A stretch of DNA of 37,370 nucleotides from Oligoflexales bacterium (lineage in GTDB: Bacteria; Bdellovibrionota_B; Oligoflexia; Oligoflexales; CAIYRB01), in contig JBGSUI010000053.1 of NCBI GenBank assembly GCA_041736175.1, positions 1 through 37,370 of the forward strand. Direction: 5' to 3'. Of this stretch, positions 1 to 10,076 are shown in pieces. Every line of letters begins with the position of its first letter. Position 1 is the first letter of the stretch. The translations under genes and the position numbers were made by a program. Under the pieces are notes generated by a model, which was given only the letters and a program-made list of their open reading frames with translations, did no database searches and was not told the DNA's origin.

Positions 1-485
1 CAGGAGCGCTCCGGATAGTAGGTGAGCAGTTGATGCAAGCCGAAGCTGGTTAGCATCCATGCAGCCGTGAACATCACGAGATTGCATGATATAACCAGGG
101 TCAGTGTGGCCCCGAGGGTAAACGCCATCCAACGAAAGAACCGTCCCTGGTGGGGATCGCCAGACAGATACCGCATCGAGTAGCGTGCGATAATCAGCCC
201 GATGAAGCTGATCAGCGTCATCATCACCACGGCGACGGAGTCGATGTGGACCCCAAGGCAAAACGGGATCGGCGAGTTCGATTGCACGAATGCATGGTCG
301 ATCGCCCCCCCAAACATCACCTGAATGCCTGCCGTTAGCGACAGAAGAAGCGCCACCCCGGCTATCAGGGAGGTCAGCCGACCGAGGAGCGTCGGGGCGC
401 CAATCGCGTAGCGATTGGGAATCAAGCCCAAACCGAGCAGTGAGACAACAGGAACTGCGAGTAATCCTGGGAGCAGCCAGTTCAT
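1..485 (-). CDS. dabB: Proton-conducting membrane subunit, NuoL/MrpA-like; probable DAB inorganic carbon transporter subunit DabB (3'-partial, runs off window)
   Basis: Manual translation, absent from the ORF track because it has no stop in the window: MNWLLPGLLAVP...GVHIDSVAVVMMTLISFIGLIIARYSMRYLSGDPHQGRFFRWMAFTLGA...AWMLTSFGLHQLLTYYPER. The YSxRYLxGDP and LHxLLxxYPER motifs are typical of DabB/MpsA. GAGGA RBS lies upstream of the ATG at 485. Confidence 0.75.
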   Translation of the reverse strand, partial: MNWLLPGLLAVPVVSLLGLGLIPNRYAIGAPTLLGRLTSLIAGVALLLSLTAGIQVMFGGAIDHAFVQSNSPIPFCLGVHIDSVAVVMMTLISFIGLIIARYSMRYLSGDPHQGRFFRWMAFTLGATLTLVISCNLVMFTAAWMLTSFGLHQLLTYYPERS

Positions 486-523
486 CGGAAGGTCCTCGAA
501 AAAGAGCCACTGTGTGATCTGTG

Positions 524-547
524 TGTCACGAATACTAATACGCGACA
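524..547. promoter_or_regulatory. Imperfect palindrome, candidate operator of the divergent wHTH regulator
   Basis: TGTCACGAAT-acta-ATACGCGACA (8/10 arm match) lies between the divergent starts at 485 and 708. Confidence 0.45.
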
Positions 548-707
548 ATGATTTCGTCAATTGTATGTCGCTGATTATCGGCAATTTTCTGGCGAAACTT
601 TGCTAGGGGCTGTGATCCGGTTGTCGCGATTTACTTATCGCCTTTCCTGTGCTAGACTTAGTGCTGCTGGCCGTTTCCACAGCGCCGCAAGCCAACCCAC
701 CAATCCG

Positions 708-1109
708 ATGGCCTCAACACGCAGCAAGACAAAGCCAGCTTTTCGCAAATCAACGCGCGCCGCCAAGGGCGACGCGCCGGTAGCGGAAGCACGATCCGCA
801 CCTCGGCCTCAGCCGGCCGAGAAGGGCAGCCTGCATTGGACGTTTCTGACGAACCACTCGCATGTGCTGGTGCTCCTGGCCCGAAACCCCTCGGTGGTGC
901 TCCGTGAGGTGGCCCAGCAGGTAGGGATTACCGAGCGTGCGGTGCAGCGAATCATCGCTGACCTGGAGACGGGCGGTTTTGTCGAGCGTGAAAAAGTGGG
1001 TCGGCAAAACCACTACCAGATTCAGACGGGCCGCGCTTTGCGGCATCCGATCGAGGCGCACCGGACCATCGGCGAACTCCTAACGCTGCTCAACAGCTCC
1101 CGGCGATAG
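708..1109 (+). CDS. Winged helix-turn-helix transcriptional regulator (WTFLTNH-type, ArsR/AsnC-like HTH)
   Basis: [14 protein letters not shown]...[39 protein letters not shown]...LRHPIE. The ATG at 708 is preferred over the TTG at 561. Confidence 0.85.
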   Translation: MASTRSKTKPAFRKSTRAAKGDAPVAEARSAPRPQPAEKGSLHWTFLTNHSHVLVLLARNPSVVLREVAQQVGITERAVQRIIADLETGGFVEREKVGRQNHYQIQTGRALRHPIEAHRTIGELLTLLNSSRR

Positions 1110-1764
1110 TGCGAAGCAAGCGGCACCGCTTCCGTGCGGCGCACGCAGCTTGGCCGGCACTCATCGAGACTTTGCCGGTTCGTGGCAGCCAGCGGCCTCA
1201 CGCGGCCTATTCCAGCCGAAAGTCTCGGTCGCCACTGTGTCTCGCGCGGCTTGGGTTATCGGCCGTTGCTTCCGCTCTGGTTGGACTCCTCTAGTGCCAC
1301 GAGCAGCCTGGCGAAAGGCGCCCTTTCCAGTCACAAATAACTCCCAGCTTTACGCTGAAGTTGCCGGCGCATCACATTCCGTTTTGTTCAAAGAATACAG
1401 AGGGGCAAGCTACCATCTCGGGCCTCCGAAACCGAGTTCCCAGATTCGGCACGCGACAGCGTGGCGAGTCGTGCCGTATCAGACTAGCGGGTGAAATTCT
1501 CGTCGAGATGGCGCGTATGCCGTATGAGAAGACCCTCGGAAAGCTGGATGGCGTAGCTGGTATAGGCGTCGACCATTACGACGACCGTGACGCACTCAGG
1601 TCGATGGACTATGCAGCGCCCGCTTCATTCGCAGCATCCGACTTTTCGAGCCAAGCAATGATTTCGGCGTACCTATTGGCGGCTCGCCCGAGTGTCGTGC
1701 TTGCCGAGATAAACCTCGTTCCATTAGGCATGCTAGAAATCTCCTTACGAAAAGGGGGCGCGGC

Positions 1765-1887
1765 GGCTCTGTAGAAAACACCTCCTGGAGAGTTACTACA
1801 CTCGCCATACATAGCATTGCTTTCGCGGACAATATGGCCTTGAGGAATTCGACTCGTCACCCGATGGCGGGTGTTTTCTACAGAGCC
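1765..1887. mobile_element. 123-bp MITE (non-autonomous IS derivative)
   Basis: Perfect 18-bp terminal inverted repeats GGCTCTGTAGAAAACACC at 1765-1782 and 1870-1887. Flanking 9-bp direct repeats are GGGCGCGGC (1756-1764) and GGGTGCGGC (1888-1896), an 8/9 match. Confidence 0.75.
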
Positions 1888-1976
1888 GGGTGCGGCACCC
1901 TTTTCCCTAGCCGAGTTGCCTCCACGAAAGTTTCTTGAGCGTGTCGGTAAGCCGTTTTTCGGTTGAGGCTTTCAGT

Positions 1977-2051
<75 letters not shown>

Positions 2052-2222
2052 CGAAATTTCAGGCCAGACGGACTGGAACCCAATCCCGATCGATTCTGGC
2101 AAATCGTGCTATCGGTTGACGGACAGGCTCCGCGTGACAAAGGATCGAGGTTTCCGCTAGCAACTGGGGTTACCTTCTGACTGGGCTCCAATCTTATCGT
2201 GGTGGGCGGCCGGTGCCAACCA

Positions 2223-2250
2223 GTGTCCGGGGTGCCGTGTCCGGGGTGCC
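2223..2250. repeat. 14-bp tandem duplication (GTGTCCGGGGTGCC x2)
   Basis: Two exact adjacent copies in the intergenic region. Confidence 0.7.
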
Positions 2251-2578
2251 GCTAGAGGTGTGCTTGTGGCGAACTTCGAAAAGGCGGGCCTGGCCGCCGC
2301 GATCGCTGGACAACCGGGAGAATCGTTGTATTTAGCTGTGGGGGGTGGCCGATAGTCATCCTGGGACTGCCACTTGCGCAGTACCGCTGGATTGATCTGC
2401 CTGCTTTTCCTACCTGGGCTTCGCTCCCCGACGCACACACCTTCGCACTTGCATCCATAGCGCAGCGCGGTGAACTCCGCGGTGGCAGTGGCACGCGCGG
2501 TATATTTCACTAGTTCCACGTCAACAAATCGCGGGCTTAATGTCGGCAATGGATTGCCGCGCACCGCCGGAGGCAAGG

Positions 2579-4016
2579 ATGCGTCTTGTACGAAACGTAT
2601 TTCAGCGATTTCGTTCCACCACCCGACCCAAATCGCCTTTGCGCCGGGCATCCAAGCGATTGTTGTTCGAGTCGCTGGAAACTCGCCGCGTGTTTACGAA
2701 CTCGACCTTCACGTTCGTGAACAACACCTGGCTCGACAAGGACCAGACGGAGCTGGCGTACCAGGACAATCAGATTCACGTCATTCTCTACGCCAAGGAT
2801 TTTGAGACGGGGGCGCAGTGGTACTTCGATCAGGATGGCGAGGCCCACGAAGTCTCCAGTGCCTCCGAATCGCAAGTGCCGAACTTTCTGTTCAGCGAGA
2901 TGACGGCGGTAGCAGGGCAGGAACACACGTATCAGATGACGCTGCCGCTGACACTCGGCGGCCACAACGGCATCGATTCGGCCCGGATGTATTTCTCCAT
3001 GGGCACCGACGTGATCGCACCGATCGTCGGTGGTAACCTGGTGCAAGCGCCAACCTCGGGCGATTCGTATTTCGACTTCGTCGAGTTTACGTTCAACAAG
3101 GATCTGGATCCCGCTGAACCGGGCAACCTGAATATCGACATCACGAACGTCGACTCGTTCGGCCTGCCCCTGATTGTCGACGTGGATGGCGCCAAGATCG
3201 GCGCCGCCACCTACCGTGCCGATATCATCAGCCAGTACAAGACCTTTACCCAAGGCACGCCGTTCGAACAGGGCGTTTGGCCCACCGACGGAGCCCACGG
3301 GCCGTATTCGATTCAAAGTCCCAAGGACGTGCTCGATGCGGTGATTCCGGTGACCGGGCTGGTCAGCTCGTTCGGATTTCTGCAAAACCACATCAGTGCC
3401 GCCAGCACCACGATCAAGGTTTCCTCTGGCCTGCCGTTTCCGACGACTCCGGGATTTACCGTTGAACTGTCGGGCAAGGACGACCAACAGAACATCGTCA
3501 CGGAAATCATGACGGTCACGCAGATGACGAACAACCCCGACGGCACCGCCACCTGGACGGTCACGCGCGGCGAGCCGAGCTACGGCTGGAACGCGCAGCA
3601 ACTCATCACGTTGAAGTCCGGAGAACCGATATCCGCGGACCAAACGACGGTCTCCCTGACTGGGACCAGCAACTTCCCCACGACGTATCCCTTCTACATC
3701 CAGGTGGACGCGGAAATCATGAAGGTGACCGGGGTCAACAAGAACAACCCCGGCGGAATCGTCACCTGGAACGTCGAGCGAGGGCAATTTGGTACCGCGA
3801 GCGTGGCGCATGCCAACAGCACCACGATCGTGTACAGCGAAGTGACTTCGAATGCGTTGAACAGCTACTTCGACAGTTCGATCAACGCGCTGTTCTCGAA
3901 ATATTATGAGTCTGGCTCGGATAAGCTGACGATCGTCTCCACGGCGATTCCCAGTGAGACGAATACCTACGAAGGCTACACGACCCAAGACGCGAACGGG
4001 AACTGGGTGTTGCGAT
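2579..4016 (+). pseudogene. Planctomycete-type secreted protein with GH64-like beta-1,3-glucanase domain, 3'-truncated by IS66
   Basis: GGAGG RBS before ATG 2579. Planctomycete export motif RLLFESLETRRVF. GH64-like motif YFDFVEFTF...NIDITNVDSFGLPL. The frame runs into the IS left end at 4017, so the last ~39 aa of the 531-aa ORF are IS-derived. Confidence 0.7.
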
Positions 4017-5518
4017 GTAACCGTTCACGCCCTGGGTTGAAAAACTGGCCTTCGCGCGGCGGGCGATTTTGGCGACACCAGGGCTATGTCGCGGCGACCG
4101 ATCACTGCCGAGCAATTGCACGCCTTGCCGCCTGAGTTCCAGGCGCTGCTGCATACGGTCATCGAGCATTACGAGGGGGAGATTGCGGCGTTGAAAGCAC
4201 GGATCGCCGAACTCGAAGCACGGCTGGGCAAGACCCCCCAGAATTCTTCGCTGCCGCCGAGCTCGCAGCATCCGCACGCCAAACCGCCCGCGCGCAAGTC
4301 GAAGTCGAAAAAGAAACGCGGCGGGCAGCCGGGCCACGCGAAACACGAGCGGCCGTTGTTGCCGGCCGGCCAGTGCGACGAAGTCGCGCGGTTGAAGCCC
4401 GCAGAGTGCCGGCGTTGCGGTACGAAGCTCAGCGGCAGTGATCCCCAGCCGCTGCGACACCAAGTCTGGGAGTTGCCCGAGATCAGGCCGCACGTAACGG
4501 AGTACCAGCGTCACCGCCTGATGTGCCGCGGCTGCGGCGAGACGACGTGTGCCGAACTTCCGCCCGGCGTGCCCCAGGGCCAATCGGGTCCGCGGCTGGT
4601 GGCTTTCACGGGGTTGTTGATGGCCTACTTCCGCCAGAGCAAGCGACGCACGGCGTTGTTTCTGGAAGCGATCCTGAATCAGCCGTGTTGTCCGGCGTTG
4701 ACGGTCAAGATGCAGAACCAGGTCACCGCCGCGCTGCGGCCGGCATATGAGGAACTGGTGGAGCAGTTGCCGTCCCAACAGCAACTGGGCATGGACGAAA
4801 CGGCGGCCAAACAGGCCACGGACAAAGCCTGGCTGTGGACGGCGGTGGCCGGCGCGTTTAGCGTTTTCGGCGTGCGTCTGTCGCGTGCCGCCACGCTGCT
4901 GGAAGAGTGGCTGGGCGAAGCGTTCGATGGCGTGATCACCTGCGATCGGGCCAAAATGTATTGGGCGCACGGTCGCTTGCAATGGTGTTGGGCCCACTTG
5001 AAACGGGATTTTCAAGCCTTGGCCGACTCGCGGGACCCCCAGGCCAAACGGCTGGGGCACGATCTGCTGCGGCCCACGGGCGACCTGTTTTACCACTGGG
5101 GCCGCTATCGCGATGGCACGCTCTCGCGCCGTGAGTGGCTTCGTTCGATGCGATCCATCCGCCAGCGCGTGGACGCCTTGCTGCTGCGCGGAGCCTTCAG
5201 CGGCAACAAGCGGCTGCGCGGGATGTGCCGCCCGTTGCACAATCATCGCCATCGTCTCTGGACGTTTTTGGACGTGGAAGGTATCGAACCGACCAACAAC
5301 GCCAGCGAGCGCGCCCTGCGACACGCGGTCATCTGGCGGAAACTATCGTTCGGCACGCAAAGCGCGGCCGGCAGTCGGTTCGTGGAAACAATGCTCACGA
5401 CCATCGAAACCTGCCGTCAACAAGATCGCAGCGTCTTCGACTTCGTCACCCGCTCCGTCACCGCCCACTTCGCCACCCAAAAAACCCCCTCACTCCTCCC
5501 CAGGGCGTGAACGGTTAC
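4017..5518 (+). mobile_element. IS66-family insertion sequence, single-ORF (ISBst12-like) type, 1502 bp
   Basis: Perfect 20-bp TIRs GTAACCGTTCACGCCCTGGG (4017-4036 and 5499-5518) with the IS66 GTAA terminus. No 8-bp TSD (GTTGCGAT vs ATCACTTG). Confidence 0.93.
4086..5510 (+). CDS. IS66 family transposase (TnpC-like)
   Basis: NSSLPPS...KKRGGQPGH, CxxC zinc finger, MDET / CDR / [10 protein letters not shown] / [15 protein letters not shown] motifs. The stop codon lies inside the right TIR. Confidence 0.95.
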   Translation: MSRRPITAEQLHALPPEFQALLHTVIEHYEGEIAALKARIAELEARLGKTPQNSSLPPSSQHPHAKPPARKSKSKKKRGGQPGHAKHERPLLPAGQCDEVARLKPAECRRCGTKLSGSDPQPLRHQVWELPEIRPHVTEYQRHRLMCRGCGETTCAELPPGVPQGQSGPRLVAFTGLLMAYFRQSKRRTALFLEAILNQPCCPALTVKMQNQVTAALRPAYEELVEQLPSQQQLGMDETAAKQATDKAWLWTAVAGAFSVFGVRLSRAATLLEEWLGEAFDGVITCDRAKMYWAHGRLQWCWAHLKRDFQALADSRDPQAKRLGHDLLRPTGDLFYHWGRYRDGTLSRREWLRSMRSIRQRVDALLLRGAFSGNKRLRGMCRPLHNHRHRLWTFLDVEGIEPTNNASERALRHAVIWRKLSFGTQSAAGSRFVETMLTTIETCRQQDRSVFDFVTRSVTAHFATQKTPSLLPRA

Positions 5519-6084
5519 ATCACTTGATGACGGGCCTGGCGTTGAGCCTGGGGCTCGCACCGTCGTACTTCGCCGACCGCTACACGCGCGATCCGCTGGT
5601 GCTGTTTCGCATTTTCAATTATCCCTATTCGCCCGAGCGCGTGGCGCACCAGGAGCAGTGGGGAGTGGGCGAGCATACCGACTACGGCGTGCTGACGATC
5701 TTGCGGCAGGACGACACGGGCGGCTTGCAAGTGAAGAGCCGCAACCGCTGGATCGAGGCTCCGCCGATCGCTGGCTCGTTCATCTGCAACATCGGCGACA
5801 TGCTCGACCGCATGACCGGCGGCCTCTATCTCTCGACACCCCACCGGGTGCGCAATATCTCGGGCAAGAGCCGCTATTCTTTTCCACTGTTTTTTGATCC
5901 CAATTTTAACAGCGTGGTCAGTCCTATTTTTAAGGAAAAACCGCCGATCGATAACCAGCTCAATCGGTGGGACCAAACCAGCGTGCACCTTTTGAGCGGG
6001 ACTTACGGTGACTACCTCCTTGGCAAAGTGGCAAAGGTTTTTCCAGAGCTTAAAAAAGCCGTGTTACCGAAGGGCAAATGCTGA
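5519..6084 (+). pseudogene. Isopenicillin N synthase-family 2OG-Fe(II) oxygenase, C-terminal half only
   Basis: [17 protein letters not shown] (HxD), [18 protein letters not shown] (distal His) and RYS (RxS). The N-terminal half is replaced by the IS. Confidence 0.85.
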
Positions 6085-6122
6085 TCCCCCTATTCTACTT
6101 ATCGGACAATAACACAAAAAAA

Positions 6123-7172
6123 TCAGTCTTTATTTGCCAAGTTTTTACCCATGAAGCGATTGATCCAATCGATCGTATCAGGGGAAGTCAGAACGGCGAA
6201 ATAGCTCCAAAGGTTTTTGTCCACCATCTTCTTTTTTTTGCAGCCATCGGTGTGGAAGGTTGAAGCAACGCCGACAAGGTAATGACGACCTTGCCAATAA
6301 ACGGTCGCCGGTCCCCCAGAGTCACCAGGCAAGAGGTGTGGGCTGGAATTCTTATCTAAACGTGAATGCAAGCAAAAAGCGCCGCCGCCTTGATAATTGG
6401 ATGTTTTAGCAGCGGACTGAGTGTTTTTACCTGAGCTAATGACCAATTTTTGTTCGGCCTCCTGGCAGCTGGCAAAGTCCATGGTTATGTTCACCCCAAC
6501 CCGTCGAGAGTAATCCTGCCTGGAAGCCTTCTGGCGGACCGGGTCCCACTGTGTGCGGCCATATCCGAAAAAGGATACAGGTTTGCCAGAGATGCCCAAG
6601 GAAACGAGTAAATCTTTCCCTGTAACGATGATGGGCAGATTGCGGGTAAAACGTTCCGCCACAGGACTCTCCAGCTCGATAAGGCCTAGATCGCCTCCCA
6701 TTGTGGTCCCCTCGGTTCCGCTAAGGAGAGTTGGCGCATATTTCTCGTGAAGGGAAAGGCGCTTGGCGCTGTACCTCATTTCTTTTCCGTTAGCTGTCTT
6801 CGCTACAATCGTGACAGAGGCCGCAGAGACTTCCTGAGGAACGCTATGACCCGCTGATCTTCCTGCATCGAGGCAGTGAGCTGTTGTCAAAACGATGACG
6901 GGCGTGATGAGGGACCCCGTGCAAGTCGATTTTGACGGCGACGTTCGTTGGCCTTGCGGGGGAAGGCTCACTTCGATCTGAATGACCCAATCGCTTTCAG
7001 CGGCACCGGGGATTCCCTGTTCTAGAAAGGCGTTTGCTCCGCCGGCAATGGTCAGATGTGTTTGTGTTCCTTGGTTCTGCTTCTGGCAAGCCACAACGAA
7101 CACTGTTTGACCCCAAAAGGCGAGGCACAGAAGAATCTTTGATTTTAAAAAATGGGTCCACAATATTTTCAT
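6123..7172 (-). CDS. Secreted trypsin-like (S1) serine protease, possible lipoprotein
   Basis: CTGSLI...LTTAHC (His), DLGLI (Asp), GDSGGP (Ser); N-terminal signal ending VVAC. Confidence 0.9.
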   Translation of the reverse strand: MKILWTHFLKSKILLCLAFWGQTVFVVACQKQNQGTQTHLTIAGGANAFLEQGIPGAAESDWVIQIEVSLPPQGQRTSPSKSTCTGSLITPVIVLTTAHCLDAGRSAGHSVPQEVSAASVTIVAKTANGKEMRYSAKRLSLHEKYAPTLLSGTEGTTMGGDLGLIELESPVAERFTRNLPIIVTGKDLLVSLGISGKPVSFFGYGRTQWDPVRQKASRQDYSRRVGVNITMDFASCQEAEQKLVISSGKNTQSAAKTSNYQGGGAFCLHSRLDKNSSPHLLPGDSGGPATVYWQGRHYLVGVASTFHTDGCKKKKMVDKNLWSYFAVLTSPDTIDWINRFMGKNLANKD

Positions 7173-7375
7173 TGGTTATCCTTTGATAAGTTGTCATCCG
7201 TGCAGATACAGTATGCAAAGAAGGTGCCACAAAATGGCTTCGGAATTGGGGGGGGTGGCATGGCAAAGTATGATTTGACAGTCGAAAATACATCGTCACC
7301 TGTCAAGAACATCGACACCTGGACAGTTGTTGCAGCCGTGCTCACTCTGGAGCGATTTACAGCCCTATATCGCCT

Positions 7376-8344
7376 TTACTCGGTCTGAATGCGCCCACTG
7401 CAGACGCCCCTACTGACGCACTGCAATGCATTTTTCAGGGCAATTCCACCGCTTTCAATGTAGCGTTTCAGTGTAACACAAGCCACTTTTTTGAAAAAAC
7501 CTTGTGTATCCTGTGCCGCAGAGACCGGCATACTGTTATTGAGGACTTCTCCGGTCTGCTCGTTCCAGTCTAAATTGCAGGTAAAATTAGGGAGTACGCT
7601 CCAGCGGTCGAGAAGACACCATTGGCGATCATCGGCGCTGCCGTTGACAACGGCCTTAAATCGAAGCATCGCGAAGAAATGATAATTAAGCGATTGGCAG
7701 ATGCGAATCTCGTCGTCATTAAAACTTGCTTTCTTGGCTAAACACGCACCGATTTTTCCGCCTTCGAGGCAATTGCCGTATTGACGGTAGTCAGATCCAG
7801 ATGGAAGGAGTTGATTTACCAATTGGTGAACGACCGCACCGCACCAAACATCCGTTCGCCGTGATTCAAGGGCGTTATTAATCGCTCGCTGCTGTGTGGC
7901 GCGGATTCCATCGTGCCAGCAAACCTGACCGTTTCCTTGAGCTGTATTGGGATCCATAGAGAGACCGACAATCTTTGCGTACTGGTTCATTTGGCCCGCG
8001 ACCCAGTTGTAATTGCGGTAAATGGCACGATCGACTTTGTTTGGCCAAACAAAAATCACATCACCCTTTTTTGTACGCCCTAGGTCAAGTGCAAAGGCAG
8101 GCCCCCCGGTGAGCGGCTCACCTTGATCATTGGTAATTTCGTACTGGATCTGCCCTAGGGTACTTGGGGAGTCAGAGGAACGACCCACCACCTTGAACCC
8201 AAGGTCGTAAAGTTCCTGGTCCCGGGAACTATTTATTTGTGCAATAGGTTCGCCTTGATCCTCGGCCAGTTGACTCTTTTGAGTGGCGCGACATGCAAAA
8301 ATAGCCAAAACTGATAAAATCACAGGAAAAATCCGGTAACGCAT
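7376..8344 (-). CDS. Hypothetical lipoprotein with putative transglutaminase-like Cys-His-Asp triad
   Basis: GGAG RBS before ATG 8344; lipobox IFAC; motifs YGNCLEG, YHFFAM and LLDRW in order. Confidence 0.6.
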   Translation of the reverse strand: MRYRIFPVILSVLAIFACRATQKSQLAEDQGEPIAQINSSRDQELYDLGFKVVGRSSDSPSTLGQIQYEITNDQGEPLTGGPAFALDLGRTKKGDVIFVWPNKVDRAIYRNYNWVAGQMNQYAKIVGLSMDPNTAQGNGQVCWHDGIRATQQRAINNALESRRTDVWCGAVVHQLVNQLLPSGSDYRQYGNCLEGGKIGACLAKKASFNDDEIRICQSLNYHFFAMLRFKAVVNGSADDRQWCLLDRWSVLPNFTCNLDWNEQTGEVLNNSMPVSAAQDTQGFFKKVACVTLKRYIESGGIALKNALQCVSRGVCSGRIQTE

Positions 8345-8460
8345 GGCGTAGCTCCATAAAATGGGGGGAGTGACCGCAATCAAAGTTTATCATGGTATGG
8401 GGCCTCCCAAAACCTAATATTGTTGAACATATGGGGCTTGCAGACTAAACATCGCACCCT

Positions 8461-8498
8461 AAAGCATAATTATGCAAAAAAGAGCATAAAATTAGAAT
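8461..8498 (+). promoter_or_regulatory. Candidate tandem ARG boxes (ArgR operator) upstream of argH
   Basis: AAAGCATAATTATGCAAA (core palindrome GCATAATTATGC) followed after 2 bp by the weaker AGAGCATAAAATTAGAAT. Resembles the TGMATwwwwATKCA ARG-box consensus. Confidence 0.55.
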
Positions 8499-8603
8499 TT
8501 ATTCAGCTGTATACAGCTTCCCACAAATCAGGTAAAGAGGCATCATATGGTGTTGTGCGCAAACACATTCGTCATGCAGTATCAATCATAAGGGGTCTCA
8601 ATC

Positions 8604-9995
8604 ATGGCCGAAAAGATCTGGGGTGGTCGCTTTCAGGAGTCCCCTACCGCCGCTGTCGAAGCCTTTACCGCATCGATAGGCTACGATATTCGCCTCGCTC
8701 CAGCTGATATAAAGCTGTCCAAAGCCCATGCCACCATGCTCTGCAGCTGCGGCCTTTTGAGTGCGGACGAAACAGTCGACCTACACCAGGTCCTTGGCGA
8801 GGCCGAAACCAGCCTTAAAAATGGCACCTTTCTCATCGATCCTGCCCTCGAAGATATCCATATGCATTTGGAGGTTTTTCTCACCCGCAGGCTGGGCGAC
8901 ACGGGCCGCAAAATCCACACCGGCCGCAGCCGAAACGACCAGGTCGCCACGGCCTTTAGGATTTGGTGCCGCGATCATATCGATGTGTTGACCCTAAACC
9001 TCACCACGCTCCAAAAAGCTCTGGTATGCTGTGCCGAACGGCATCAAGGAGCGATTATCCCGGCCTACACCCATTGGCAGCGGGCTCAGCCGATGGTGGC
9101 ATCCCAACATTTTCTGGCCCATGTGGAGCGCCTCGACCGAGACCGCCAGCGGCTTAGGGACACCCGCTCACGGGTCAACCTCCTCCCCCTCGGCTCGGCA
9201 GCAGCCGTCGGCTCAAGCCTCCCCCTAAACCGAGAGTTGGTGGCCGAGCTCCTAGACTTTGATGGCGTGTGCACCAACTCCCTGGACGCCACCTCGGACC
9301 GGGATTTTGCTTTGGACTTTGCCTACAATCTGATGATGATTGCCCAACATCTAGCATCTATGGCGGAAGAGTGGATTATGTGGAGCACAACAGAATTTGA
9401 TTTTGTCCAACTCCCCGATCGGTTTTGTACGGGGTCGTCGATTATGCCCCAAAAGAAAAACCCCGATGTCCTCGAACTCATCCGTGGCCGGACGGGCCGC
9501 GCCGTGGGCGCTCTGATGCAACTCATCACAACCGTCAAGGGTCTCCCCCTCGGGTACCAACGGGACCTGCAAGAAGATAAAATCCCCCTGTTTACCAGCT
9601 ACGACAGCGTGTCCGAATCCGTCACTCTCCTTGCGGCTCTTGTGGACGAAATGGAGCTTAAGGATGCTTCGATTCAAAAGTCGATCCACCGGGGCTACCT
9701 AGATGCCACGTCGGTGATGGAGTTTCTGATCGAACAAGGAACCCCCATGCGTGTGGCCCACGAAAAAGTCGGCAAGCTGGTCCACGCGGCCGAAAGTGCG
9801 GGCGGCTCCGTTGTGACTTTGAATGATCTGCCCCTTTCCGTACTCGAAACCATCGACCCGCTCCTGGCCACCCCCCAAGCCAGCCTGGCTATGGGTGCTG
9901 ATCATGCCGCAAGGCGCCTACGCAGCCAAGGGGGCGGCGGACACCAAAGTGTGGCCAATCAAATTAAAGTTTGGAATGACCGGCTCAGTCTTTAG
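8604..9995 (+). CDS. argH: Argininosuccinate lyase
   Basis: WGGRF, HTGRSRNDQV, YTHWQRAQP, GSSIMPQKKNPD and YQRDLQEDK signatures. Confidence 0.98.
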   Translation: MAEKIWGGRFQESPTAAVEAFTASIGYDIRLAPADIKLSKAHATMLCSCGLLSADETVDLHQVLGEAETSLKNGTFLIDPALEDIHMHLEVFLTRRLGDTGRKIHTGRSRNDQVATAFRIWCRDHIDVLTLNLTTLQKALVCCAERHQGAIIPAYTHWQRAQPMVASQHFLAHVERLDRDRQRLRDTRSRVNLLPLGSAAAVGSSLPLNRELVAELLDFDGVCTNSLDATSDRDFALDFAYNLMMIAQHLASMAEEWIMWSTTEFDFVQLPDRFCTGSSIMPQKKNPDVLELIRGRTGRAVGALMQLITTVKGLPLGYQRDLQEDKIPLFTSYDSVSESVTLLAALVDEMELKDASIQKSIHRGYLDATSVMEFLIEQGTPMRVAHEKVGKLVHAAESAGGSVVTLNDLPLSVLETIDPLLATPQASLAMGADHAARRLRSQGGGGHQSVANQIKVWNDRLSL

Positions 9996-10076
9996 ATCCA
10001 TCCAAATATAAAAATAATTTTTTTGGAAATAAAAAGTTCTACAACAATAACTCGAAAAAATCTGACGGAGAATCCT

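Noticed and set aside
1609..1731. 40-aa minus-strand sORF with AAGGAG RBS (MPNGTRF...)
   Set aside because: No recognisable motif, and it sits directly after a terminator-like hairpin and the MITE; cannot be supported without homology.
2537..5324. Long minus-strand ORFs 2537-3988 (483 aa) and 3882-5324 (480 aa)
   Set aside because: Antisense shadows of GC-rich real genes (GH64-like protein and transposase) with no recognisable motifs.
5113..5518. N-terminal 135 aa of the 323-aa ORF as a real oxygenase N-terminus
   Set aside because: It lies inside the IS in an alternative frame; a chance in-frame read-through.
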